A stretch of 49,670 bases of DNA from Ktedonobacteraceae bacterium (GTDB lineage Bacteria; Chloroflexota; Ktedonobacteria; Ktedonobacterales; Ktedonobacteraceae), in assembly GCA_035546055.1 (NCBI GenBank), contig DASZXF010000890.1, positions 1 to 49,670 on the forward strand, given 5' to 3'. A program made the translations under genes and the position numbers. Under the pieces are notes generated by a model. That model was not told where the DNA came from. It saw only the letters and a program-made list of their open reading frames with translations, and ran no database searches. Below are positions 34,773 through 45,111 of the stretch, one piece after another (within the stretch, counting starts at the first letter, position 1; each line of letters begins with the position of its first letter).

Positions 34773-35342
34773 GTGGCAACGATAACTCCCACAGATTTTT
34801 ATACTGGCATGGTGATCCGTTACAAAAATGTGCTTTATTCTATTCAAAAGATAGATCATATCACTCCTGGTAACTGGCGCGCGTTTTATCAGGTGCGTTT
34901 GAAAAACGTGAAAAACGGGCGAGTTCTGGAGCAGCGCTTCAACGCCTCAGAAGAGGTCGAGTCAGTTCGGGTAGAGCATCAGAACTGGCAGTTCCTCTAT
35001 GTCGATAGCGACGACAGCTTCGTTTTTATGAATACCGAAACCTTTGATCAGCAGCCTGTGCAGAAAGAACTGCTGGGCGATGGAGTGAAATTTCTCAAAG
35101 AGCAGGATGTGGTAGAGATGCTGGTCCATGAGGATACCATCATCGCCATCGAACTGCCGAATTTCCTTGAACTGGCTGTAGAGAGTGCTGAACCAGGTGT
35201 GCGCGGTGATACAGCAAATAACGTCACCAAACCCGCGACCCTGGAGACCGGGGCAGTAATCAATGTGCCCCTCTTTGTCAATCCCGGCGACCGCATCCGT
35301 ATCGATACACGTACAGGTAAGTATGTTGAGCGCGTGAAATAG
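34773..35342 (+). CDS. efp: Elongation factor P, loop-tip Asn variant (mirror copy)
   Basis: Mirror of 14329..14898(-). The Asn codon AAC lies at 34872..34874. Confidence 0.88.
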   Translation: MATITPTDFYTGMVIRYKNVLYSIQKIDHITPGNWRAFYQVRLKNVKNGRVLEQRFNASEEVESVRVEHQNWQFLYVDSDDSFVFMNTETFDQQPVQKELLGDGVKFLKEQDVVEMLVHEDTIIAIELPNFLELAVESAEPGVRGDTANNVTKPATLETGAVINVPLFVNPGDRIRIDTRTGKYVERVK

Positions 35343-35453
35343 GAAGATATCAGTCCTCCCCAAGGGAAATGATGCATGAGTCCTCCCCACTGTTTCTGAG
35401 GCCGCCTCGGAAACAGTGGGGAGGACTCATGTCTGCTCTATTTCACGCGCTCA
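35327..35453. repeat. Hairpin repeat family, copy B with outer inverted repeat (mirror)
   Basis: Mirror of 14218..14344. The inner stem at 35375..35431 was checked by eye. Confidence 0.8.
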
Positions 35454-35855
35454 GCGAAAGATCAGGGTCCAGAGGGGGGGACCGAGTACGAAGAGACCGA
35501 CCACGATGGCCAGCATGGCGCTGAGGAGAACGGCTCCGGCAGCCACATCTTTGGCGGTTTTGGCCAGGGGATGATATTCCGGCTGGGCGAGGTCCACGCA
35601 GATTTCGCAGACCGTATTGAACATTTCGGCCACGAAGACGCCGGCGATGGCTAGGTAGAGGATGGCGAACTCTGGCGCCGGGATATGCAGGAGAATGCCG
35701 CCGATGGTGACGAGAATAGCCACCGCGAGATGAACGCGCGCGTTGCGCTGGGTGCGCAGCGCGTACCAGAGGCCTTGAAACGCGTAGCCAAAGCCAGCAA
35801 TAAACTTTGCGAATTCGCCGCGTTCAGAGTCCCCCGGCAGCGAGGACTTGCTCAT
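35451..35855 (-). CDS. dgkA: Diacylglycerol kinase family protein (mirror copy)
   Basis: Mirror of 13816..14220(+). Identical translation. Confidence 0.85.
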   Translation of the reverse strand: MSKSSLPGDSERGEFAKFIAGFGYAFQGLWYALRTQRNARVHLAVAILVTIGGILLHIPAPEFAILYLAIAGVFVAEMFNTVCEICVDLAQPEYHPLAKTAKDVAAGAVLLSAMLAIVVGLFVLGPPLWTLIFR

Positions 35856-36463
35856 AGCGAGCCTTTCTGCTGCACTTCGCCGAGAATCTGCTTTTGCAGG
35901 CGCACCATCTCGCGATAGCCAGCCTCGGTCTGATCGTCGTACCCTACCAGATGCAGGACACCGTGGCAGAGGAGAAAGAGCAATTCATCGGCGATGCCGT
36001 GGCCTGCTTCCCTGGCCTGGCGCAGCGTGGTCGGCCAGGAGATCATAATGTCCCCCAGGTTAGTGCTTAATTCAGCAGGCGTGACAAAGAGCGGAACAGA
36101 ACTGCCCTCGGCCAGTTCATTCGCCGCCTCCTCAGCGGTCTGCTCCTCCTCTGGCTCCTGCCACAGCAGTTCGGCGGGCGCGCGGACCAGCGGCTCATCC
36201 AGCAGGGGAAACGACAGCACATCTGTGGGCTTGTCCTGCTGGCGGTATTGCCGATTCAGGGTCTGGATTTCGCTATCGCCGCTGATGACCAGGGTCAGGG
36301 TCACAGCCTCTTCCACATGGACGATGCGCAGCGTCTGCCTGACCAGTTGCTCGACGTTGACGGTTGCCAGCAGTTCGGCGGCTGCCTGGTCGTCTTCTGC
36401 GCTATCGGTATTGATAGAGACCTCGATGACGGGTTCGCCCGCATCTGCGTCTGACTCGAACAT
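35852..36463 (-). CDS. ybeY: YbeY endoribonuclease variant (mirror copy)
   Basis: Mirror of 13208..13819(+). Confidence 0.85.
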   Translation of the reverse strand: MFESDADAGEPVIEVSINTDSAEDDQAAAELLATVNVEQLVRQTLRIVHVEEAVTLTLVISGDSEIQTLNRQYRQQDKPTDVLSFPLLDEPLVRAPAELLWQEPEEEQTAEEAANELAEGSSVPLFVTPAELSTNLGDIMISWPTTLRQAREAGHGIADELLFLLCHGVLHLVGYDDQTEAGYREMVRLQKQILGEVQQKGSL

Positions 36464-36486
36464 ATTGCCCCCGCTTTGTTGACCAT

Positions 36487-36539
36487 AAAAAAGGCTCGCA
36501 TCGTACCCATGCAATGCATGATCTGGGCAGAGGCGAGCC
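36487..36539 (-). terminator. Possible weak terminator/attenuator (mirror copy)
   Basis: Mirror of 13132..13184. Confidence 0.3.
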
Positions 36540-36554
36540 GTACAAGGGACCGGT

Positions 36555-36737
36555 TTAGCCCTTGCGTGCCATTTTGCGCCGTTTGGCGGCTTCTTTGCGT
36601 TTGCGTTTCACGCTCGGCTTCTCATAGTGTTCGCGCCGGCGAGCCTCCGCGAGAACGCCCTCTTGTTGAATCTTGCGGCTGAAGCGCCGCAGTGCTGTCT
36701 CAAACGTCTCATTTTCGCCAATTTTGACTTGTGTCAC
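36555..36737 (-). CDS. rpsU: 30S ribosomal protein bS21 (mirror copy)
   Basis: Mirror of 12934..13116(+). Identical translation. Confidence 0.92.
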   Translation of the reverse strand: MTQVKIGENETFETALRRFSRKIQQEGVLAEARRREHYEKPSVKRKRKEAAKRRKMARKG

Positions 36738-36840
36738 CAGGAATCACCCCCCTTGAGTCCCGTCTGAGAGCACCGTCGTGATCCGTTGTGTTGTTTTCGC
36801 ACAGTTTAATCTCGCATGTACCTCGTGGACCTGTTGACAA

Positions 36841-36869
36841 ATTATAGTGCAGGTGTCCGAGGCTGTCAA
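36841..36869 (-). promoter_or_regulatory. Consensus promoter for rpsU operon (mirror copy)
   Basis: Mirror of 12802..12830. ATTATA at 36841..36846 and TGTCAA at 36864..36869 were checked by eye. Confidence 0.7.
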
Positions 36870-38041
36870 GGTTTTTTACCGTGTGTTCGCTGGAGAGCTG
36901 CGCGGCGTCCAGCAGCGACCAGGAAGACGATCAGACCAATGAGTAGAATGCTGAACAGACTGATCGTGCGATCCAGCAGCACGGCGGCGGCGCCCAGGTT
37001 GCGCGAGGCGGTAAAGAGGGCCAGCATCCCGATCATGCCGCCTTCGACCAGGCCGATACCTCCGCTGGTGAAAGGCACAATGGTCAGCAGCGCCTCGCCC
37101 AGCGCGATAAACATCGAGGCCGCGCCGATGTGGGGCAGACTGCCGGGAATCAGATTGAGCGATAGCGCGACAAAGAAGAAGCGGCCAGCCTCGCACAGCC
37201 AGACGGCGACGGTCAGCCCCCCCAGCAGGGGAATGCGTTTGAAGGAGCCAAGCGTCCCCTCCTGCAAATGATCATAGTAGCCCTGGAAGCGCGGAGGCAC
37301 AAAGCGCCGGATGGAGGCGCGAAAGACGCGCAACAGGAACAGTCCCACCACGCCCAGGATAACAATCGCCAGCGTCAGGTACAGGCCGGTTCTCAGGAAG
37401 GCCGGCAGATTTTCATGCAGGCTGATGATAATCGAGGCCAGAAAGAGCAGCAGGAGCACGCTCAGATCCAGCAAGCGTTCAGCCAGCACCGTACCAAACG
37501 TGCGGGTCGCCGAAACGCCCGCTGCCTGGCGCAGCAAGTAGGCCCGGTAGAGATCGCCCAGCTTCGCGGGTACAATCGCATTGGCGAACCAGGAAATGTA
37601 GACGATTTCCAGTAATTTGCCGAAGCCGGGTAGCTTGTTGGCGCTCTTCCCGGTATATCCTACATTTTCGAGCAGCAGACGCCAGCGCAGCGTGCGTACA
37701 GGAAAAGAGAGATAGTACGTGAGGAAGGCCGCCAGCAGGAACAGGACATTGGCGCTGCGCATCGCGTTCCAGGTCTGGCCGGGATTGATTTGCAGCTTTT
37801 GCGCGGTATATACCAGCAGAGCGAGCACAATCACCAGCGGCACCAGGGTGCGCCAGTTCAGCAGACGCTTGCGCAGCGAAAGCTGCGAACTGCTAATCTC
37901 CGCAGCGGGGCTGGCGTCGGGGTCTGGCGGTGCCGATGGATGTGCGGCCAGCGCCGCCTCATTGGCTATGGGGGCCGGCTCCTGGTCGGGTGTCGCCAGG
38001 CGTTCGTCGAAAGGTATCCCATCAACAGGTTGTTTCTGCAA
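36866..38041 (-). CDS. Flippase-like/UPF0104 membrane protein (mirror copy)
   Basis: Mirror of 11630..12805(+). Identical translation. Confidence 0.65.
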   Translation of the reverse strand: MQKQPVDGIPFDERLATPDQEPAPIANEAALAAHPSAPPDPDASPAAEISSSQLSLRKRLLNWRTLVPLVIVLALLVYTAQKLQINPGQTWNAMRSANVLFLLAAFLTYYLSFPVRTLRWRLLLENVGYTGKSANKLPGFGKLLEIVYISWFANAIVPAKLGDLYRAYLLRQAAGVSATRTFGTVLAERLLDLSVLLLLFLASIIISLHENLPAFLRTGLYLTLAIVILGVVGLFLLRVFRASIRRFVPPRFQGYYDHLQEGTLGSFKRIPLLGGLTVAVWLCEAGRFFFVALSLNLIPGSLPHIGAASMFIALGEALLTIVPFTSGGIGLVEGGMIGMLALFTASRNLGAAAVLLDRTISLFSILLIGLIVFLVAAGRRAALQRTHGKKP

Positions 38042-38113
38042 GAGTATCCTCCTATCCCTCGAATGTACTTATGCCGCTTCATGCGCATATTCCTGATATA
38101 AGAAACCTGCTGG

Positions 38114-39832
38114 CTAGCCGTTTCGTCTCATCTGAGTCGGGGTCAGGACAGGAGCCGGCTCCTCGCGGTCGGCGGGAGCGGAGGCGCCATGGGATGGAGT
38201 GAAGGTGACGCGTGAAGTCACCTTGCCAAGGGCGATCAGTGAGATCAGCAGCAGTGCCATCAGATTGGTCAGGCTATGATCATAGAGGTCATCGACCAGA
38301 TTGTGAACGCAGATTGTCACCAGAGAGGCCAGCAGGCCAATAGCCAGCGCGCGATCATTGGTCAGGCGTCCTGCCACCTCGAAGCGCTCCTGGCGGCGGT
38401 AGTGCTGGAGGAAACGCGCTGGCCGCACCAGCAGCATCAGCTTGTCGTGTCGGCTCAAAGGTGCCTGAATGCGCTTGCTGAGCCGTGGCAGATCTTTTCT
38501 GGACTCCGCGCGGCGCACGCACACCTGGCGTACCGCGCGACTGCCGGCGACCAGCAGAGAGATGACAAAAAACAGGTAAATGACCAGGCCAAGCGTGCCA
38601 GTTTCGGCAGCGATATTGATATAGTAATTATGGGCCTGGCCCAGCGAGTTCACAAAGATAGTCACGTAGTAACTGGCATAGGCATCGGGATAATTGCCAA
38701 TGCCCACACCCAGCACGGGATGGGTCAGATACATATTAATGCCCGCGATCCAATGAGCCAGGCGTTCGGCTGTGGAGTATGTCGCGGGCGTGGGGTCTTG
38801 CAGAGAGATGCCGGTCAGGCCCAGGAAATGATTGACCTGATCGAAGAGGTAAAGCGGAATAATGCCGGAGACCATCCCCAGCAGCAGCGCGAAGATCACC
38901 GCGAGGAGGATGCGCAGCCAGACGCGGATATACGGCATTCCTACCAGCACGATGACCAGCAGCGCGGAAGCCAGGGCCACCTGGCCGCCGCGAGATTGGG
39001 TCAGATAAAACGCCCCGCCGATCAGGCAGGTTGCCAGCCCGGCCAGCACTCGTGTCAACCAGTTGCGTCCGAGAAGGAGAACCGAGATAGTCATGGCCAG
39101 CGCCATATTCAGATAGCCCGCATAAGGATTGGGCTGATCAAACGTGCCATAGACGCGCAGGTTGGCATCGCGTACAAAGGATTGCGGCCCCAGATTAAAG
39201 ATCGCCTGGGCATAGCCAAAGAAAGCCTGCGAGATCGCGCCCGCGATGATAAAGCAGACCAGCGTCCAGACCTGGCGGCGTGTGCGCAGATATTGCGCGC
39301 CCACCATCGCCAGGACGAAAAACTCCAGCCATTTGGCAATCTCTTTCAGACTGTCTTTCCGGCTGATCGCGACCGTCATAGACAGAAACATCACGCCTAA
39401 CAGCAGGAGAATGGCCAGCAAGAGGTAGACAGGCACACGTCCCTTTTCCCGGTCGCGTCCTCCGCCCATATAGGTTGGTAGACCCCAGCTCAGGAGCCAG
39501 CCGAGTGCCAGAAAGCACACCAGCAGATCCGCGCAATTCAGGCGCAGCCCGCCCGCGCTGATATAGTCAAACGAACCCCAGGGCACGGCGAAAGCCATCA
39601 GATAGAGCGCCAGGCGTGGCCGCAGAATCGTCCAGATCAACAGAAGCAGGTAGAACGGAATACGGATATTCCAGGGCAATGGCGGAACGAGCAGGACAAC
39701 CACCGCCAGCACCACGCCGGCTACACCTACCAGTGTAGTGGTAGCGCTGGCAGAGCGCGCCGCGCGATACTTTGAACGTAACCACGCCGCAGCGTGGTTT
39801 TGTTGCAACCCGCTAATTCTGAATATACCCAT
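38114..39832 (-). CDS. O-antigen ligase/polymerase-like membrane protein (mirror copy)
   Basis: Mirror of 9839..11557(+). Identical translation. Confidence 0.7.
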   Translation of the reverse strand: MGIFRISGLQQNHAAAWLRSKYRAARSASATTTLVGVAGVVLAVVVLLVPPLPWNIRIPFYLLLLIWTILRPRLALYLMAFAVPWGSFDYISAGGLRLNCADLLVCFLALGWLLSWGLPTYMGGGRDREKGRVPVYLLLAILLLLGVMFLSMTVAISRKDSLKEIAKWLEFFVLAMVGAQYLRTRRQVWTLVCFIIAGAISQAFFGYAQAIFNLGPQSFVRDANLRVYGTFDQPNPYAGYLNMALAMTISVLLLGRNWLTRVLAGLATCLIGGAFYLTQSRGGQVALASALLVIVLVGMPYIRVWLRILLAVIFALLLGMVSGIIPLYLFDQVNHFLGLTGISLQDPTPATYSTAERLAHWIAGINMYLTHPVLGVGIGNYPDAYASYYVTIFVNSLGQAHNYYINIAAETGTLGLVIYLFFVISLLVAGSRAVRQVCVRRAESRKDLPRLSKRIQAPLSRHDKLMLLVRPARFLQHYRRQERFEVAGRLTNDRALAIGLLASLVTICVHNLVDDLYDHSLTNLMALLLISLIALGKVTSRVTFTPSHGASAPADREEPAPVLTPTQMRRNG

Positions 39833-39890
39833 ATGTGTAACCTGCCCCCTTCCTCAATCTTTACTCGGAACGTGCCTGCAACATGCTCTC

Positions 39891-40847
39891 CTAATAGGAT
39901 GTAATCGTGCTCAAATCGGGAATCTGGCTGCGAAACCACTCAATCGTGCGCATCAGACCTTCCTCTTTAGAGACGCGCGGCTCCCATCCCAGGATCGTGC
40001 GCGCTTTTGTAATATCCGGGCGGCGGCGTTCGGGATCGTCGATGCGGCTGGACTCAAAAATCAGGTTTGACGAAGCGTTGCACAGCTTGATAATCGTCTG
40101 TGCAAACTCCAGCACAGTATGCTCCGCCGTATTGCCCAGATTAAAGACCTCGCCAGCGGTATGCGGCGTAAACATCGCGCGCATCAAGCCTTCGACAAGA
40201 TCGCTGACATAGCAGATACTGCGCGTTTTGCTGCCATCGCCATAAATCGTCAGCGGGCCATTCTTGAGTGCCTGGGTGATGAAATTGGGGATCATGCGCC
40301 CATCTTCCATCTGGCTATTCGGTCCGTAGGTATTAAAAATACGCACAATACGTGCGTTTAACTGAAACTGGCGATAATATTCCATGGTCAGGGTCTCGCC
40401 AAGACGCTTGCTTTCATCGTAACACGCTCTGGGGCCAATCGGGTTGACATTTCCCCAGTAATCCTCGCGCTGTGGATGCTCCAGCGGATCGCCGTAGGCC
40501 TCAGAAGTCGAGGTATACAGGAAAAGCGCCTTCTGCTTCTGTGCCTGGATCAGCATCTGGTAGGTTCCCTGGCTATTGACCAGAATAGTCTGGATAGGGT
40601 TTTCCATGTATCCCACCGGGCTGGCCGGGCTGGCCATGTGGAAAATGGCCTCAGCGGTAAAATCGAAGGGCTGTGTGACATCTTGCTTGATATACGTAAA
40701 ATGCGGATGAGAGCGCAGGGCAGCAATGTTTCTTTCAGCGCCAGTGATCAGATTGTCTACACAGAGAACATCATGCCCTTCTTCTAATAAACGGGCGCAC
40801 AGATGGGAGCCAATAAAACCTGCTCCGCCAGTAACAAGAATTTTCAA
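39891..40847 (-). CDS. UXS-type UDP-glucuronate decarboxylase (mirror copy)
   Basis: Mirror of 8824..9780(+). Confidence 0.8.
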   Translation of the reverse strand: MKILVTGGAGFIGSHLCARLLEEGHDVLCVDNLITGAERNIAALRSHPHFTYIKQDVTQPFDFTAEAIFHMASPASPVGYMENPIQTILVNSQGTYQMLIQAQKQKALFLYTSTSEAYGDPLEHPQREDYWGNVNPIGPRACYDESKRLGETLTMEYYRQFQLNARIVRIFNTYGPNSQMEDGRMIPNFITQALKNGPLTIYGDGSKTRSICYVSDLVEGLMRAMFTPHTAGEVFNLGNTAEHTVLEFAQTIIKLCNASSNLIFESSRIDDPERRRPDITKARTILGWEPRVSKEEGLMRTIEWFRSQIPDLSTITSY

Positions 40848-41329
40848 AGGACGGGACCTCCAGAGAATTAAAGTAGCACATATGCGTCCTGTCATGGACA
40901 GTATACAGTCATTGAGAAAGAGACCAGAGCGTTGGTCAGTTCGTGCTGGTGTATCAGCGGCGAGGCAAGCTGGACCTTTTCTGTCGTGCTTGCCATCGCT
41001 TTGCTCTTTTCATGCTGTAACCGGAGAATTTCCAGTTGCCCGATCCTTGCGGACATGTAAACGCACCTGTAAGAGCCTCACTGCAACACGCCGGGCACGT
41101 TGCACGGGACTACAGTTTTTATAGTATACAAGCGGGCGCATTCTTATGCAATACAACGACAGCGGAGTGTGCCTTATGTCTACTGGCGGGTGTGCTTGAT
41201 CTTTTTCCGTTTTCACGCGCCATGCCGTTTCCCATTTTGTTGTTGCTGTGACATAGTATATGATAATTGATCCTGTCGGCTCAGATGTTGAGTAATAGTA
41301 GGGAAAAGTTTTGCCGGAGAAAAAGTTAT

Positions 41330-42322
41330 ATGGCTCTTATTCTTTCACGTCATGACTTGCAGCGCTGCCTGGACATGCGGGCGGCCATTGAGGCTATGCG
41401 CGGCGCGTTTCGCGCGCTCCATGCCGGACAGGTACGGATGCCGCAGCGCAGCGTCGTCGAGCTTTCAGCGCAGGGGCAGGCGTTATTGATGCCGTCGCGC
41501 CTGGATGCGCCAGGGCAGGCGGCCTTTGGTCTGAAGCTCATCACCCTGGTAGCGGATAACGATCAGCGCGGTCTGCCGCGCAGTTTCGCCACTGTGCTTT
41601 TGCTCGACGCGGCGAGCGGTCGCACGCTGGCTATCATGGAAGGCCGCTGGCTGACCGCCATGCGCACCGGCGCGGTCGCGGGACTGGCTACCGAACTGCT
41701 GGCGCGGCCAGACGCCGACGTGCTGGCCCTCTTCGGGGCCGGTGCCCAGGCGCCCATGCAGGTCCGGGCTGTACATACCGTTCGTCCTCTGCGCGAGGTT
41801 CGCGTGGTCAATCGCAGCGACGAGCACTATGCGCAACTGGTGAGTGAGTTGAACGAGGCGCTGGGGAAAGACTGCCCGCGCCTGGTGCGCGCAGTTGATG
41901 CTCATCAAGCACTGGCGGGAGCTTCCCTGGTCGCCTGCGCCACCGCCTCCACCGCGCCGCTTTTTCACACGCGGGATATAGCGCCCGGCACGCATATCAA
42001 CGCCGTAGGTGCGTATACGCCTGAAATGTGCGAAGTTGACGCGGAGACGCTGGCGCGGGCGCGTATCGTGGTCGATCAGCGCGCCGCCGCCCTGGTCGAA
42101 GCCGGCGATCTCCTCCAGGCGCACGCGGCAGGACAGATTGCCGGCGCGGATACCTGGCTTGAACTGGGCCAGCTCGTCAGCGGAGAACAGCCGGGTCGCC
42201 AATCAGCCGATGAGATCACCTGCTTTAAATCAGTCGGCCTCGGCATTCAGGATCTCTTTACAGCCATGCAGGTCTATGAGCGAGCCAGCGCGCAGGGCAT
42301 CGGCGTCGAGGTTGATGTCTAA
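41330..42322 (+). CDS. Ornithine cyclodeaminase/mu-crystallin family protein (mirror copy)
   Basis: Mirror of 7349..8341(-). Confidence 0.8.
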   Translation: MALILSRHDLQRCLDMRAAIEAMRGAFRALHAGQVRMPQRSVVELSAQGQALLMPSRLDAPGQAAFGLKLITLVADNDQRGLPRSFATVLLLDAASGRTLAIMEGRWLTAMRTGAVAGLATELLARPDADVLALFGAGAQAPMQVRAVHTVRPLREVRVVNRSDEHYAQLVSELNEALGKDCPRLVRAVDAHQALAGASLVACATASTAPLFHTRDIAPGTHINAVGAYTPEMCEVDAETLARARIVVDQRAAALVEAGDLLQAHAAGQIAGADTWLELGQLVSGEQPGRQSADEITCFKSVGLGIQDLFTAMQVYERASAQGIGVEVDV

Positions 42323-42342
42323 TAGTCCGCCAACTTATCCCT

Positions 42343-42459
42343 ATCAGTTATCCCAATTTTTCCAGCGCCGCGCGTTTCCCTCCCCACTCCATCTCAAAAA
42401 AGGGGGGCGGGGTGCAACAAGCGGTTGGGGCCGCCTCAGAAAATCAGGGGTGATTCATG
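42343..42459. repeat. Hairpin repeat family, copy A (mirror)
   Basis: Mirror of 7212..7328. Confidence 0.65.
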
Positions 42460-42483
42460 ACTTTTCGGATGAGGTTTGACAGA

Positions 42484-43080
42484 CTACTGGCGAAATGAGG
42501 GTGGAAAATCTGTAGATTGATCTGTAAATTCTACATCGGCATAAATGTCCGCCAGCTTGAGATGCAGATTCAGGCTATGAAGCCTGACCATATCGTCATT
42601 CTCGAAGGCATCATAGATCCACAGGCCATTTTTTTTGTGGTAGGTTTCGACTTTGCATGAGCGAGAATCGGCGAGCACATATTCTTCAATGGTGGGATGA
42701 GCGCGATAATTTTGTAATTTCCAGGTGCGGTCGGTCAGTTCTGTGCTGGGAGAAAGCACTTCAACAACCAGACGAGGGGATTGGATAGCCTGAATCTTTC
42801 CCCGGTCTGCCGGGTTACAGGTCACTGTCACATCTGGATGAAAGTAGCGGGTTGCGGAGATGTAGACTTTCATATCCGAACTGTAAACCCGGCAACCGCT
42901 CTGGCGTAGCGCATTCCAGAGAAGATTTTGCAACGTGCTTTTGACGGTATCATGGTCGGCACTGCCGCCAGCCATAGCGTACACATGGCCGTCAATGTAT
43001 TCATAGCGCGTATAGGGGTCGTTTTCTTCCAGGTGAAAATAGTCTTCGACCGTCATCGTTTGCTTATGCTCTAATGCCAT
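42484..43080 (-). CDS. Uma2 family endonuclease (mirror copy)
   Basis: Mirror of 6591..7187(+). Identical translation. Confidence 0.8.
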   Translation of the reverse strand: MALEHKQTMTVEDYFHLEENDPYTRYEYIDGHVYAMAGGSADHDTVKSTLQNLLWNALRQSGCRVYSSDMKVYISATRYFHPDVTVTCNPADRGKIQAIQSPRLVVEVLSPSTELTDRTWKLQNYRAHPTIEEYVLADSRSCKVETYHKKNGLWIYDAFENDDMVRLHSLNLHLKLADIYADVEFTDQSTDFPPSFRQ

Positions 43081-43135
43081 GCGTATCTCCTTGGCTTGTC
43101 AATGTTTCGTTTGCCAGCAGTGTACTTTGTGCTCT

Positions 43136-43144
43136 ATTATAGCA
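43136..43144 (-). promoter_or_regulatory. Extended -10 box for the Uma2 gene (mirror copy)
   Basis: Mirror of 6527..6535. Confidence 0.4.
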
Positions 43145-43175
43145 TAGGACGTAATCATGGAGAGGATGGCTCTTG

Positions 43176-43184
43176 TGCTATAAT
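43176..43184 (+). promoter_or_regulatory. Extended -10 box for the small membrane protein gene (mirror copy)
   Basis: Mirror of 6487..6495. Reads TGCTATAAT on the + strand. Confidence 0.4.
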
Positions 43185-43254
43185 GCTGAGGTTTGGTAGA
43201 GAAAGGCAGCTATCTCTCTGGTGAAGCACACAAACGTTATAAAGGGGTCTTGCT

Positions 43255-43455
43255 ATGGATGAGAAAGAACTGGTGACAGAGAACAAAGGGCGCCGCTTCG
43301 GGGGCAGCCTGGCGGCGGGGATCGCGGTGGGCATTGGCGCTGGCAGCGCGCTGGGCGTTGCCCTGGGCAATGTTTTTATCGGCGGATTGATCGGGCTTGT
43401 ACTGGGCCTGGTGCTGGGCTTTGCTATGGGGAATGCCAAAAAGCCTGCTGAATAG
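43255..43455 (+). CDS. Small glycine-zipper membrane protein (mirror copy)
   Basis: Mirror of 6216..6416(-). Identical translation. Confidence 0.55.
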   Translation: MDEKELVTENKGRRFGGSLAAGIAVGIGAGSALGVALGNVFIGGLIGLVLGLVLGFAMGNAKKPAE

Positions 43456-43499
43456 AGGGTGGCGTCAAAAAACAACCCGCTTCTTTCTGGCTCGTCCAT

Positions 43500-43534
43500 A
43501 AAAACGGCGCCGGGCTTCAATGTCGGCCTGGCGC
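43500..43534. terminator. Bidirectional hairpin terminator (mirror copy)
   Basis: Mirror of 6137..6171. Confidence 0.5.
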
Positions 43535-43568
43535 GCTTTACTGGACGTTTTTTCTGTTTTTTACCGCT

Positions 43569-44198
43569 CTATTGAGATTGGCGTTTTTTCCAGCGCTGGT
43601 ACATGACCTCATCCCCCAGGCTCAGAAAACCCCAGGTTGTAAATCCATGCACGATGACGACCGCCAGGAGCGACCAGGGCTGAGCGGGGAGAATGTAGAG
43701 CGTGCTGAAGACAAGGCCGGCCAGACCTACCCCGGCCACGCTGCGCCAGTTCCATTTGCCCAGGCGGTGATAGAGAGTGTAAACTGCTGTGCTGACCAGC
43801 CAGCCCCAGCCAATCCAGCCGGTCCATTGGGCAACAGCCGCCAGGAGAAAGCCGCGAAAGAAAAACTCTTCAACAGGCCCGTTGATGAACAGATAAAAAA
43901 AGCCCTGCAAGAAATGATCGCCGAGGGTCGGGCGGCGAAACCAGGGGCCAACCACCAGGATACGGTAGGTAGTCGCGAAGATCGCCATGCCGATGCCGAT
44001 GAGCAGGCCCAGGAGCAGTTGAGTTGGCCAGTTTTGCCAGGTCAGTCCCAGGAACGAAAGCGGGAGATGCAGAACAAGCACATAGATAAAAGGCACCGCA
44101 GTCAGCGGCAAAATGCGCATCAGGACATCAGGCCAGAGCCAGCGCCAGGTCGTGGCGACAGTTGAACGAGCGAGCTGAGGGGATTTTCCATTTGACAC
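43569..44198 (-). CDS. CPBP family intramembrane protease (mirror copy)
   Basis: Mirror of 5473..6102(+). Identical translation. Confidence 0.8.
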   Translation of the reverse strand: MSNGKSPQLARSTVATTWRWLWPDVLMRILPLTAVPFIYVLVLHLPLSFLGLTWQNWPTQLLLGLLIGIGMAIFATTYRILVVGPWFRRPTLGDHFLQGFFYLFINGPVEEFFFRGFLLAAVAQWTGWIGWGWLVSTAVYTLYHRLGKWNWRSVAGVGLAGLVFSTLYILPAQPWSLLAVVIVHGFTTWGFLSLGDEVMYQRWKKRQSQ

Positions 44199-44218
44199 AG
44201 TGATACCTCTGTCTCTGT

Positions 44219-44905
44219 CTACAGGTGTGAGAGACGCATCAGGCCTTCCTTGATCTCGGCGCGCGAAAAATTGCCGCTTTCTAAGGCTGTGTCATTTTTG
44301 CTCAACAGGCGGGCATAGAAGGCCTCACCTTTCGCGCGTATCTCATCCATACTCTCAATGCCTTCGATCCCTTCCAGGGCTTCATCGGGTTCTGTTTCCA
44401 GTATATCAAAAAGCATATCCTCCGCTTTGCCGTAGCGCCCGGTATATTCAAAGTACCAGAACAGTAATTGCCTGGTTCTCAGCGGCAGTTCGTACTCTTC
44501 CAGGTGAGGCAGGATCTCTTCGATTTCCGCGATCCGCTCGATGTCGCGGTGCTCATTCTGGTCATAGAGCGCTTCCAGGAAGAGGTTGCAGGCCTTGAGA
44601 TAGCTATAATAGCTCATGTTCTCATCCTGTTCGTCGGCGTAGATCTCGCCCTCGGCCTTGAGCAGGAGAGCCACAAGCCAGCATTTTTCCGCATTCAGGG
44701 AGCCAAGAGTAGTGAGCATTGAAAGCAGGGTTTCATCGGAAAGGGAAAAGAGAAAGCCACTGCCCATGCCCACAGTTTGCTTGAGTTGCTCATCAATCAA
44801 CTCGTGGGATGCCTGATAATCTTTCATTTCCCGGTGATAGACGATCTGGGCGATAACCCGGCTCATCTCTTCAAACATGCGTACAATGTAATCTCGTTGC
44901 GCCAT
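44219..44905 (-). CDS. Hypothetical acidic helical protein (mirror copy)
   Basis: Mirror of 4766..5452(+). Identical translation. Confidence 0.6.
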   Translation of the reverse strand: MAQRDYIVRMFEEMSRVIAQIVYHREMKDYQASHELIDEQLKQTVGMGSGFLFSLSDETLLSMLTTLGSLNAEKCWLVALLLKAEGEIYADEQDENMSYYSYLKACNLFLEALYDQNEHRDIERIAEIEEILPHLEEYELPLRTRQLLFWYFEYTGRYGKAEDMLFDILETEPDEALEGIEGIESMDEIRAKGEAFYARLLSKNDTALESGNFSRAEIKEGLMRLSHL

Positions 44906-45030
44906 AGCGTTTTTCGTTTCCTGCTTCCTGCTACAAAGGATCTGTTTTTATATGTCAGAGATTATTTGTTTATTTATACTATGACTCAGGTTGTTCTTTT
45001 TTGCAAGTCTGTTTGATGCTTGCTGCTTCG

Positions 45031-45099
45031 ACAAAAAAGAGGGACGAAAAGAAGAGACAGGGCACAGAGCAGAGGGGCTGCCAGTGCGCCCTGTCTCTC
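45031..45099 (-). terminator. gltX terminator (mirror copy)
   Basis: Mirror of 4572..4640. Confidence 0.65.
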
Positions 45100-45111
45100 C
45101 AATTGTACTGC